Assembly (NCBI GenBank): GCA_963722765.1
Contig: CAVROO010000023.1
Span: forward strand, 22,726 to 86,725
DNA length: 64,000 bases
Origin: an uncultured Acidobacteriota bacterium
GTDB lineage: Bacteria; Acidobacteriota; Vicinamibacteria; Marinacidobacterales; DATDRI01
Reading direction: 5' to 3'
The position numbers were made by a program, and so were the translations under genes. Each line of letters starts with the position of its first letter. Position 1 is the stretch's first letter. A model generated the notes under the pieces. That model did not search any database. It saw only the letters and a program-made list of their open reading frames with translations, and was not told where the DNA came from. Shown here one piece after another: positions 9,570 to 18,181 of this stretch.

Positions 9570-12551
9570 TCACGGGTAAAGACTCAACGGCTCTAGATCC
9601 TCGCAACTCCAACTGGAAATCGAGGTCCATTCGCCGTCATATACGTACATGCCGTTGTCGGGACCGAAATCCAAAACCAGCATTTGCTCGAGAGCCGCCA
9701 TCCGTTCGGGAATCCAGGTGGAAAGCCGACGGAACCCGGCGAATGCTTGAAAGGTATACACACCCGAATCCAGAACTACAACCAGCTTCTCACCCCACGA
9801 CAGTAACTGCTGCGGATCGCCCGTACTGATCCTTTGCCATCCAGTGATCGAATCATACAAGAACAAACCTCTGCCGGCTCCAAAATCAACCACCAGTCGG
9901 TCATACCAGGCCACCAGATTTTCCGGCTCCCAAGTCGAAAGAGCGGTCCACTGGCCGTCATAAAGAAACAGTCCTCTTCCGTTATCAAAAGCAAAGGCAA
10001 GCTTGTCGCCCCACGGTGCCATGACGTAAGGGGCCCAGGTGGTCAGATGCGTCCAATTCCCATCATAGGAGAATACACCTCGACCGGCGCCGAAATCGAC
10101 GGCTAGATGATCTTCCCAGGCAGCCACACGGGCCGGCTCCCAAATGGTCAGATGCTCCCAACCACCGTCATAGAGAAATAATCCTCTGCCGGCGTCGAAG
10201 CCTATCGCGAGCTTGTCGTTCCAGGCATTCAACAGATAAGGATCCCAACCGGTGAGATGGATCCAGCCGCTGGAATCGGTAAGAAACAAACCGCGGTTGT
10301 TCCCGAAATCCACCGCCAGCTGGCTTTGCCACGCTTCGAGAGCTTCCGGATCCCAAATCGACGATCGGGTCCAAGCGGTTTGGTAATGAAACAAGCCTTC
10401 AGAACCGAAATCGACCGCCAGTTCGTCCCACAGATCGGGGAAGTAGAACTTCGTCACAAAAGCGTCGTCTCCATAACCTACCCCAACACCTAAAGAAACC
10501 TGGATGGGATTCCGCGTTGGGAAATCCGTGGACCCAGTGACCCCTGTGACATAAGCATTGTCGCTGGCGTCCACCACTATTCCGTAGGCCTTCTCACTAT
10601 TACTTCCGCCGAGGTAGGTCGAGTAGAGGAGCGTCGTTGCCTCCGCATTGATCTTGCTCACAAAAACATCGCCGATTCCTTTATTGGAGGTTTGGAAGGG
10701 ATTTCGTGTAGGAAAATCTGTAGATGCAGTCATTCCGGCCACGTAAACGTTACCGGTGGAGTCTACGTCTAGTCCGTAAGCCGTGTCACTGCTCGAGCCA
10801 CCAAGGTAGGTGGAGTAAACAAGCGCAGTTCCCTCCGCATTGAGCTTGCTGACAAATACATCGACACCACCGCTCCTGGAATCCTGAAGAGCATTCTGAG
10901 TCGGAAATCCATCGGAGTAAGTATAACCGGTAATATAAGCATTGCCGGCGGCGTCTACAGCGATACCAGAGGCCAAGTCCTCGTAATCGCCGCCTAGGTA
11001 GGTGGAGTAGACCATTCCGATCCCATCCACATCGAGCTTGCTCACAAAGGCATCGACGTAACCACCATTAGATCCCTGAATTGGATTCAGAGTGGGAAAG
11101 TCATCGGAGTAAGTGTTCCCGGTAACATAAGCATGACCGATGGCATCCACTACGATTCCATTGGCCTCGTCTTGATCACCACCACCAAGGTAGGTGGAGT
11201 AAACCAAACCACTTCCCTCCGGATTGAGTTTGCTCGCAAAAACATCAAAGCCGCCGCCAAAAACTCCTTGAATAGGATTCTGTGTAGGAAAATCCGGGGA
11301 TGACGTAATCCCACCAATGACAGCGCTACCGTCACCATCTACTGCGATTCCACGCACTTCGTCATGGATGCTACCGCCAATATAAGTCGAGTAGACGAGC
11401 GCGTTTCCTTCCGTATTGAGCTTACTCACAAAGACATCGGAGTTCCCGCCAGGTGAGCCCTGCAGGGGATTCTGGGTTGGGAAGTCGTTGGACATGGTGA
11501 CGCCCGAGATATAAGCGTGGCCGGAAACGTCTACAGCTATTCCAAGAGCTTGGTCGCTGTCCTGGCCGCCAAGGTAGGTGGAGTAGACGAGCGCAGTTCC
11601 CTCCGCATTGAGCTTGCTCACAAAAACGTCGATTGAGCCGTTTGAGTTGCCCTGGAGTGGATTCTCAGTAGGAAAGTCATTGGACAAGGTCCACCCGGTG
11701 ACATAAGCGTTGCCGGCAGAGTCCACCGCAATTCCACGGGCTTCTTCCCAGCTACTGCCTCCTAGAAAGGTGGAGTAAACAAGCACAGGATCGATCACCA
11801 GCGGCTGCTCCTCATCGTAGTCTCCAATCGTGAAGGCTATTCGCTGCTGCTCTAGTAGTGCATAAGAACCTTCCACCCCTTTCCGTTCACCTTCGAGCTC
11901 TTGGTAGACCACCGGCGCCTTCTGTATAACCTCGCCCACACCGGTTTGAAGTACCAGATTCCCATCCTCGTCCAACGCGATCGTTTCCGCTCCTTCGAAC
12001 TGAAGTTGGATTCGTTCAGGATCCGCGCCCGGCGCCACGACGAAGTCGTACTCCAGTTGGCGTGAGTTGCCGTAAAAGATGAGATCCACACCTTGGTAGA
12101 CCTCCTCATATTTCACCCCGCCGAAATGCTCGACTCCCGTGAGCCACTTGTCGGTGTCTTTGCCGATGAAATAGTTGCTCCGGCCTTCGAGTGGATTGAC
12201 CCCGACCAGCTTCGCCCCGAGACCGGCCCCCGTGAGATTCATCTGAAGCGTGGCGTCTTTTCCAGTCCCTGTATCGATCGATGCCGGATCGTTGTTGTCC
12301 GCCGTCCGAGCAAGGACTAGAATCGCCTCGGTAGGTGTAAGGTAGAGGCCGTAACCTCTTCCCCGAGAAAGAAACTCAACGCGGGAATCCGTCTGGCCTT
12401 TGTTCGGTTCGAAGACGAGTGGCAGAGCCCCGTAGGTTTCCATCGCTTGGTCTGCGACAAACTTTGGTTCTTCAATCCCGTATTCGCTCGACGACACCAC
12501 GAAAATCGCGACCATCAAAAGTGCAACAACTAGAACCATCCCCCCACGCAT
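9570..12551 (-). CDS. SBBP (beta-propeller) repeat exoprotein with a second C-terminal W-rich repeat array
   Basis: ATG at 12551 is preceded by GAGGAGGG. There are about 9 repeats of DxxGNAYVTG..DFPT.NP.Q...DVFVSKLN..G..LVYSTYLGG. These are followed by 8 repeats of about 36 aa (LAVDFG..RGLFLYDG.W..L..W.P). Confidence 0.85.
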   Translation of the reverse strand: MRGGMVLVVALLMVAIFVVSSSEYGIEEPKFVADQAMETYGALPLVFEPNKGQTDSRVEFLSRGRGYGLYLTPTEAILVLARTADNNDPASIDTGTGKDATLQMNLTGAGLGAKLVGVNPLEGRSNYFIGKDTDKWLTGVEHFGGVKYEEVYQGVDLIFYGNSRQLEYDFVVAPGADPERIQLQFEGAETIALDEDGNLVLQTGVGEVIQKAPVVYQELEGERKGVEGSYALLEQQRIAFTIGDYDEEQPLVIDPVLVYSTFLGGSSWEEARGIAVDSAGNAYVTGWTLSNDFPTENPLQGNSNGSIDVFVSKLNAEGTALVYSTYLGGQDSDQALGIAVDVSGHAYISGVTMSNDFPTQNPLQGSPGGNSDVFVSKLNTEGNALVYSTYIGGSIHDEVRGIAVDGDGSAVIGGITSSPDFPTQNPIQGVFGGGFDVFASKLNPEGSGLVYSTYLGGGDQDEANGIVVDAIGHAYVTGNTYSDDFPTLNPIQGSNGGYVDAFVSKLDVDGIGMVYSTYLGGDYEDLASGIAVDAAGNAYITGYTYSDGFPTQNALQDSRSGGVDVFVSKLNAEGTALVYSTYLGGSSSDTAYGLDVDSTGNVYVAGMTASTDFPTRNPFQTSNKGIGDVFVSKINAEATTLLYSTYLGGSNSEKAYGIVVDASDNAYVTGVTGSTDFPTRNPIQVSLGVGVGYGDDAFVTKFYFPDLWDELAVDFGSEGLFHYQTAWTRSSIWDPEALEAWQSQLAVDFGNNRGLFLTDSSGWIHLTGWDPYLLNAWNDKLAIGFDAGRGLFLYDGGWEHLTIWEPARVAAWEDHLAVDFGAGRGVFSYDGNWTHLTTWAPYVMAPWGDKLAFAFDNGRGLFLYDGQWTALSTWEPENLVAWYDRLVVDFGAGRGLFLYDSITGWQRISTGDPQQLLSWGEKLVVVLDSGVYTFQAFAGFRRLSTWIPERMAALEQMLVLDFGPDNGMYVYDGEWTSISSWSCEDLEPLSLYP

Positions 12552-13151
12552 CGTTCCCTCCTCGGATTGTTCCGCGGACAAGATGATGGCGTCTTAAGAA
12601 GCTATTCGGATCTGCGTTGCCCCACCATCTTTTCCGACCCGGAAGCTGAAGAGCACCTATGCAAGGGACGTACCCGAGTCAACCGAGGGTGCCGATTTGG
12701 TACGTAAAGCTATCAAAGAGACGAGTTTACTATTAGAGTTTGTGGGGCAACTCTTTTCAAAGACGGACGAAGTTTTGTCATGGTGATGACAACTTTTGTC
12801 TCGTCCCGGCGGCGGAGTCCCAGCGTTTGATGTAGTCGTCGTGCTCGAACTGATCAGATTGGAAGATTTCTGTTTTATCAGGAAGACTTGGATGAATTCC
12901 TGGAACGATTCCGTGAGGGAAGCGGACTTTTTGGGGAAGAATTCGTGGCCGATCCGTGACGTTCGGTTACACGAGAGTCTTCTGGCTAGACTGAGACCGG
13001 ACCCGTACCCCCATCGGTGGATGGACGACGATGGAGTGTTTCGAGGAGGTACGGGTCGGACTCCTACCAGCGTTGACTAGAGGTGTTGCGGAATCAAGGA
13101 TGTTCATCATGACCTCAACCGTTCACGCTGATCTCTATAACCTTTTGTTTT

Positions 13152-13210
13152 CCCCGTTCCGAAAATTGTTGAATTGCTCAGCCGGTGATTTCATCCCTTT
13201 CGGAACGGGG
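13152..13210. repeat. 13-bp perfect inverted repeat (hairpin with 33-nt loop) in the gene-less gap
   Basis: ccccgttccgaaa (13152-13164) pairs with tttcggaacgggg (13198-13210). Confidence 0.6.
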
Positions 13211-13275
13211 CGAGCGGAGAGTTTTTTCGAGGTTGTTGCCATCCAGTTGTTCCTCGCCGCTCAGCAATATCTATA

Positions 13276-13290
13276 GCAAGGGTAGTGCCA
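13276..13290 (-). promoter_or_regulatory. Sigma-54 (-24/-12) promoter candidate firing leftward into the 12.6-13.3 kb gap
   Basis: The reverse complement reads cTGGCAC-taccc-TTGCt, exact to consensus. No intact annotated gene lies immediately downstream. Confidence 0.45.
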
Positions 13291-13713
13291 GGACGGGGCC
13301 AAAAGAGACAACCCGCGCAAACACTTGAAAACAAAAGCTTACTCATGATTGGCAGTGGATGATACGAATGCGCAAACTCTACCAGGCCATATCTATTCGG
13401 ATAGACCTCTATCCATAATTTGTCCATACACTGATATACGATCACAACGTCGGAGGCTGCTTTCGCCAGGCACAGCCTGGCCTACTCAACTTCCTGTGGC
13501 CAACCCGCCACAGTTGTTGCTTCACTGAGGGCAAAACGCCTCAATTCATTCTTCCTCTTACACCTCCGGGTGATTTGTGCTAACCTTTTGTGCACTGGGG
13601 CTCTCGAACCCCCGAGCCTCGGTTGTGGAGCCCCGACCCATACCTGCTCTCCGTCAGGAGACAGGGCGACTTGAGAATATCTAAATAGCGAAACTGGAAC
13701 GGGACTCGATTCG

Positions 13714-14868
13714 ATGGAGCTCGGCAAAGAAAGGAAAATCTTCGGAAAACTCGGCAGTATCAGTCTGGCCGATATCGTCCAGCTTCTAGGAGTCAACAAA
13801 CGAACGGCGACCCTCGAGCTCGATAACGACGGCGATCGCGGCAGCATCTATTTCAAAGACGGGATCGTCGTCCACGCCTCCAACGGAGGGGTTGAAGGTG
13901 AAGACGCCATCCTCCACATCCTCGAATGGCCCGATGCAAGTTTCGTGATCGAGGAAGGAATCCCCACCCTCCCAAAAGTAACCATGGCCGGGGACGCGGA
14001 AGCTTTGATGCTGAGATTGTGCAGTAAGCTCGATGAGCTTCGCCGCCACCAGCCGGACAGACACAAGCGCCGAAAAAAAAGAGTCCGGTTTTCCCTGTCT
14101 TTCAACAAAGAACCAGAGCGGCGGAGATTCTCCATGCCCGTCATCGCAGTCATCCTGGCGGTGATTGCCGCTCTTTCCGTCCTCATCCCCGGACTGTTCA
14201 TAGGCGAAAGTTTAGCCCCCATGGCCAAGGCGCCGGAGGAACAGACCACCAATCCCGTCGAAGAGAATTTCGGAGAGACGCCGGTAGATGTGGAGAATCC
14301 GTCCGAACCGACTTTGGAGAGCGCGGACCCGAACCCAGTGGAAGGGGAAAGCACGGCATCAACGCCGGAGACACGCCTAGCTCGTGCCCCGGAACAACGA
14401 GTCGCGGCCCCCAATTCCTCTCCTCCAGTCCAGCCGAGCACAACGACAGTGTCGGCGCCGCCCTCGTTCGGTTTCCTACTCGTCGTTGCGGAACCCTGGG
14501 CCGAGGTCTCCATCGACGGAGAAAAGGTCGGTGAAACCCCCATGGGCAGAATCCGACTTTCGGCGGGGGAACATACGATCTCGTTGATGAACGAGAATTT
14601 CGCCGGACTCATAACAGACCGCGTCTCAATCCCAACCGACGAGACCGTGACCCAAAAATACTCGTTCAACGAATCGGGCTATCTTCAAGTCGTGGTCCAA
14701 CCGTGGGCCGATGTTTTTGTAGATGGCCGCCCCGTCGGACAGACACCCCTTCAGAAAGTTCGTATTCCGGTGGGACGGCATACCGTCACCTTGAGGCATC
14801 CTCAACTGGGAGAAAAAGCCAACGAGGTCGAACATCAGGCTCGAAGAAACTACTTTCTTGCGGATTGA
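13714..14868 (+). CDS. DUF4388 (PATAN-like) domain protein with TM segment and two C-terminal PEGA domains
   Basis: The N-terminus LGSISLADIVQLLGVNKRTATLELDNDGDRGSIYFKDGIVVHA is DUF4388-like. The C-terminus has two PEGA-like units (..AEVSIDGEKVGETP..., ..ADVFVDGRPVGQTP...). Confidence 0.75.
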   Translation: MELGKERKIFGKLGSISLADIVQLLGVNKRTATLELDNDGDRGSIYFKDGIVVHASNGGVEGEDAILHILEWPDASFVIEEGIPTLPKVTMAGDAEALMLRLCSKLDELRRHQPDRHKRRKKRVRFSLSFNKEPERRRFSMPVIAVILAVIAALSVLIPGLFIGESLAPMAKAPEEQTTNPVEENFGETPVDVENPSEPTLESADPNPVEGESTASTPETRLARAPEQRVAAPNSSPPVQPSTTTVSAPPSFGFLLVVAEPWAEVSIDGEKVGETPMGRIRLSAGEHTISLMNENFAGLITDRVSIPTDETVTQKYSFNESGYLQVVVQPWADVFVDGRPVGQTPLQKVRIPVGRHTVTLRHPQLGEKANEVEHQARRNYFLAD

Positions 14869-14884
14869 AATGTAGGACCCGAAC

Positions 14885-15752
14885 GTGTTGACTCACAAGC
14901 TCGGTATCGTCGCGTTGGTCTTGAGCACGCTCTTGCAGGCTCAGCAGGAAGAGACATGGTTCGATCGGGTCGTCAATCTCTATTGGAATGGGGAATACGA
15001 ACAAACGCTTGCGGTTTTGGTCGCGGTCGCACCCGAAACTCTCCCCGATTTTGAACGCCTCGAGTACTACAAGTATAGCGGGTTCAGCCACATGGCACTC
15101 GGGGACCTCGATGCGGCGCTCGAGGATTTCGTCGGTCTTCTCTCGACCGATCCCGGATACAGCTTCGATCCCTCTATGGTCTCGCCCAAGATCATCGAGC
15201 ACCTCGAAACGGCGAAAGAGACCGTCATGAAGGATCTTTTCAACAAGGGAAAAACTGCCTACTACGAAGAGGACTACGAAACAGCCGTAGGCTTCATGGA
15301 CCAAATTCTTCAGATGGACCCGGACTACGAGCTGGCCAAAGAGTACAAGCAGCTTTCCGAAGAACGCGTCGAACCTTACGGAGAAGATAGCTTCCATAGA
15401 GAATCCGGAGCCCCAAGCGGAGCAAGATACGACGAGCTCTCCCGCCGAAGACGAAAATCGTATCTACCACGTGACGAGCGAGATGACCCCGCCCGTACTA
15501 CTACAAAGGATCCTTCCGGAATACCCTCGCTTCGACAGCCGGATCAAGCGAGAAGGAAGAGTCATCATTCTGATCGTCATCGAAAAGGATGGAACGGTCC
15601 AAGAAGCAAGAGTGCTACGCTCGGTGAGCGCTCGCATCGACCAAGCCGCTATCGAGGCGGTGCAACAATGGCGGTATCGTCCAGCCCTCCTGTCCGGCAC
15701 ACCGGTTCGAGTCACACAAGTGGTGGGTTTAAACTTCGAGGTCAAAAGATAG
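14885..15752 (+). CDS. TonB-family protein (N-terminal anchor + helical region + TonB C-terminal domain), frameshifted as assembled near 15393
   Basis: The frame starting at GTG 14885 turns into Arg-rich junk after about 15400. The next frame carries IENPEPQAEQD...IYHVTSEMTPPVLLQRILPEYP...GTVQEARVLRSV...AAIEAVQQWRYRPA, a TonB_C signature. Confidence 0.6.
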
Positions 15753-15943
15753 AACCTTCTGCGCGGTCTCCTTTCTCTCCTTAGCAGCTTCCGAACCTGC
15801 GTAATCCCCGTAAACCGGTTCCGCCCCCGACCTCTATATTCTAAATCTAAAAAATCTCATTGGCTTGTCGTGTTTTTCTGCCGATTGCGCATCACCATAG
15901 TGAGGTAGGCAAAACGCCCAATACATCACTAAAGGAGTAGCAA

Positions 15944-17048
15944 ATGTCTACAGCCCAAATGACGACAAGCGACACCGCCGTTGAGAGCCGCGACGCCCTG
16001 GCAGATCGCCTGGTCCAATCGGCAAAGGGAACGTGGGATATCTTCACCGTCCATCTCGGCGACCAACTAGGCTTCTATTCCGCGCTATCCGACAACGGTT
16101 CGATGACGGCGAGCGAGCTGGCGAGCCGAACCGGTACCAACGAGAGATACGTTCGCGAGTGGCTGGAGCAGCAAACGGTGGCCGGCATTCTGGCCGTCGA
16201 GGACGCCAAGGAGGACGCGAAAGAGCGCCGGTTCTGCCTCCCGGCGGGGCACGAAGAGGTGCTCGCGGACCGAGACAATTTGAACTACTTGACTAGCCCA
16301 AATCGTGGCCGGCGCGGTGAGTCCCCTCGACCAGGTGCTCGAGGCGTACCGGAGCGGCGGCGGAGTTCCGTTCGCGGCATACGGACGTGACCTTCGCAAC
16401 GGCCAGGCACGGATGAACCGAGGTGCCTTTCTTCAGCTTCTAGGCCGGGAATGGCTGCCTTCGATTCCCGATGTTCACAACCGCCTGCAAAGCGAGCCAC
16501 CCGCTCAGGTAGCCGACATCGGTTGTGGCGCCGGGTGGTCGAGCATCGGGATTGCCCAAAGCTATGCACGGGTCCAAGTCGAAGGTTTCGATCTCGATGA
16601 ACCGTCCGTCGAGATGGCACGAGACAACGCCTGGGAATCAGGAGTAGCCAAACGAGTGACCTTCGCAGCCCGCGATGTCGGAGACCCAGAACTGGCGGGC
16701 CGGTACGACCTCGTCACCGCCTTCGAGTGCATTCACGATATGTCCCAGCCGGTTGTCGTCCTCCGAGCCATGCGCCAAATGGTCAAGGACGGCGGCGCCG
16801 TCATCGCCGTGGACGAACGGGCGGGAGAAACATTCACACCAAGCGGGAATGAAATCGAAGGTCTCTTGTACGGCTTCAGCGTGATGCACTGCCTACCGGC
16901 CTCGATGGCGGAGCATCCTTCGGCGGGAACGGGAACGGTCATGCGACCTTCCACTCTTTCGGCCTATGCCCGGGAGGCCGGTTTTCGAGAGGTGGAAATT
17001 CTGCCTATCGACAACTTCTTCTTCCGGTTCTACCGCCTGCATATCTGA
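15944..17048 (+). CDS. Class I SAM-dependent methyltransferase with N-terminal winged-helix domain, frameshifted as assembled near 16293
   Basis: ORF 15944..16390 (wHTH-like N-terminus) and ORF 16305..17048 (VADIGCGAGWSSIGIA, GFDLD, DLVTAFECIHDM) join as ...DNLNYL / LAQIVAGAVSPL... Confidence 0.75.
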
Positions 17049-17098
17049 GAAGGTTCGGGCCGGTCCGAGGTTTAGAGACCTTGGGCCGGTCCTCCCCT

Positions 17099-17572
17099 TC
17101 AAGCTCCTTGCCAAATGGTTCGAATCGCTGCTTCGAGCTCTTGCGGCTTCTGCGTGCCGATGAGCAGCGACCCACCGGCACGGTATTTTAGAAGCACGCC
17201 TTGGTTTCCACTAACGTTGTAGGCCCGGCCACCGTCCTTGCCGCAGCGGATTCCCCATCCTCCGTATTCCCGAATCGGGGAATAGGTTTTGGACTGGACC
17301 TCGATGACATCCTCCAGGGGTATGCGCTTGCGAGACCAGTGGAAAGGGAAGAAACGTACAAAGAGCCCATCAGGTTTCACGATGGAAACGAGCTTGAGGC
17401 TCCTGAACAGAACAAGAACCCCCAGCAAGACGACGGAACCGATCACGTCCTTCCACATGCCCTGCGTGATCTGGCTAATCAGAAAGGCAACGCCTGCCAC
17501 CGCAACGACGGCAACCAACACATTCATCCACGGCTTGAGGAATCTTTGGGTTTCCTTGAAGATTTCTTTCAT
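17099..17572 (-). CDS. Hypothetical membrane protein (two TM helices + small cytoplasmic PH-like domain)
   Basis: 157-aa ORF with hydrophobic helices VLVAVVAVAGVAFLI and VVLLGVLVLF. No catalytic motif recognised. Confidence 0.45.
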   Translation of the reverse strand: MKEIFKETQRFLKPWMNVLVAVVAVAGVAFLISQITQGMWKDVIGSVVLLGVLVLFRSLKLVSIVKPDGLFVRFFPFHWSRKRIPLEDVIEVQSKTYSPIREYGGWGIRCGKDGGRAYNVSGNQGVLLKYRAGGSLLIGTQKPQELEAAIRTIWQGA

Positions 17573-17635
17573 CCCCTCACTCCTCTCTAATGAATTGTCG
17601 GGGCAAAGCTTGTTCCGGTTTCAAAACACTAGAGC

Positions 17636-18007
17636 TCATTTCTCTATCTCCCGCAGAAGCTTCGCCCCCTCTTTGACACTCATCTCGCCTTTGGATATGG
17701 CATCTAGAATCCGGTGCCGCTCACCTTCGAGGTCCCGCGCCGCTGCTTCCAGCTTTTTGATGATCGCGTTCAGACGATTACGAATAGTCGGATAGCTTTG
17801 ACCGTACCGCCCGGCCATCTCTTTGAGACTCCCCGACGCGCGCACGAAATAGATGATGAACTCCAGGTCCTCGCCCGGCAGATGAAGCAGCTCGTGTATA
17901 TCGAACCGACCCTCGAGCTGCATGGCACACCCAGGACAATCCAACCGGATGACTTGGAGTCGGGCTCCGCATCCGGGGCAGTTCGAAGGTAGGATTGACA
18001 TCTTCAC
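17636..18007 (-). CDS. DUF2089-family protein (zinc ribbon + HTH)
   Basis: CPGCGARLQVIRLDCPGCAMQLEG zinc ribbon, followed by an HTH-like GSLKEMAGRYGQSYPTIRNRLNAIIKKLE. Confidence 0.7.
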   Translation of the reverse strand: MKMSILPSNCPGCGARLQVIRLDCPGCAMQLEGRFDIHELLHLPGEDLEFIIYFVRASGSLKEMAGRYGQSYPTIRNRLNAIIKKLEAAARDLEGERHRILDAISKGEMSVKEGAKLLREIEK

Positions 18008-18145
18008 CTTATAACTATTTTTTTGTATTTCAATTATAGCATATTGTACTTTATATAATTAATCATATTATAAATAATATCAATATATCAATAAATTATA
18101 TTCAACATCTAGTCTTTGCACTCCTATGTGGTCGAATGACGCCCG
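18008..18145. promoter_or_regulatory. Extremely AT-rich divergent intergenic island between the DUF2089 and patatin genes
   Basis: About 120 nt that are almost entirely A/T within a GC-rich contig. It contains the direct repeat ATCAATA-t-ATCAATA and many TATAAT-like words. Confidence 0.4.
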
Positions 18146-18181
18146 GTGTGTTACCCTCTCGTCGGCGAAGGGGGCAATCCG

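Noticed and set aside
9570-11800. Periodic DNA repeats that could be mistaken for a CRISPR or tandem-repeat array.
   Set aside because: The periodicity follows the about 50-aa SBBP units and the about 36-aa C-terminal protein repeats within one long ORF. There are no short identical direct repeats separated by unique spacers.
12775-12792. Hairpin ttgtcat-ggtg-atgacaa as an intrinsic terminator.
   Set aside because: The 7-bp stem is AT-rich and weak. The U-rich tract is on the plus strand, where no upstream gene exists, while the minus strand is followed by A-rich sequence.
12796-13276. Plus-strand ORFs 12796..13080 (94 aa) and 13031..13276 (81 aa) as real genes.
   Set aside because: They have no recognisable motifs, alternative start codons and odd composition. 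They overlap an equally open minus-strand frame, so the coding status of this gap is unresolved rather than supported.
13150-13445. Possible transposase (rve or DDE) C-terminal remnant on the minus strand (..GMKSPAEQFNNF.., ..GLVEFAHSY..).
   Set aside because: The resemblance is only a few residues spread over several frames. No catalytic DDE residues or terminal repeats can be shown, so it is too weak to call a mobile element.
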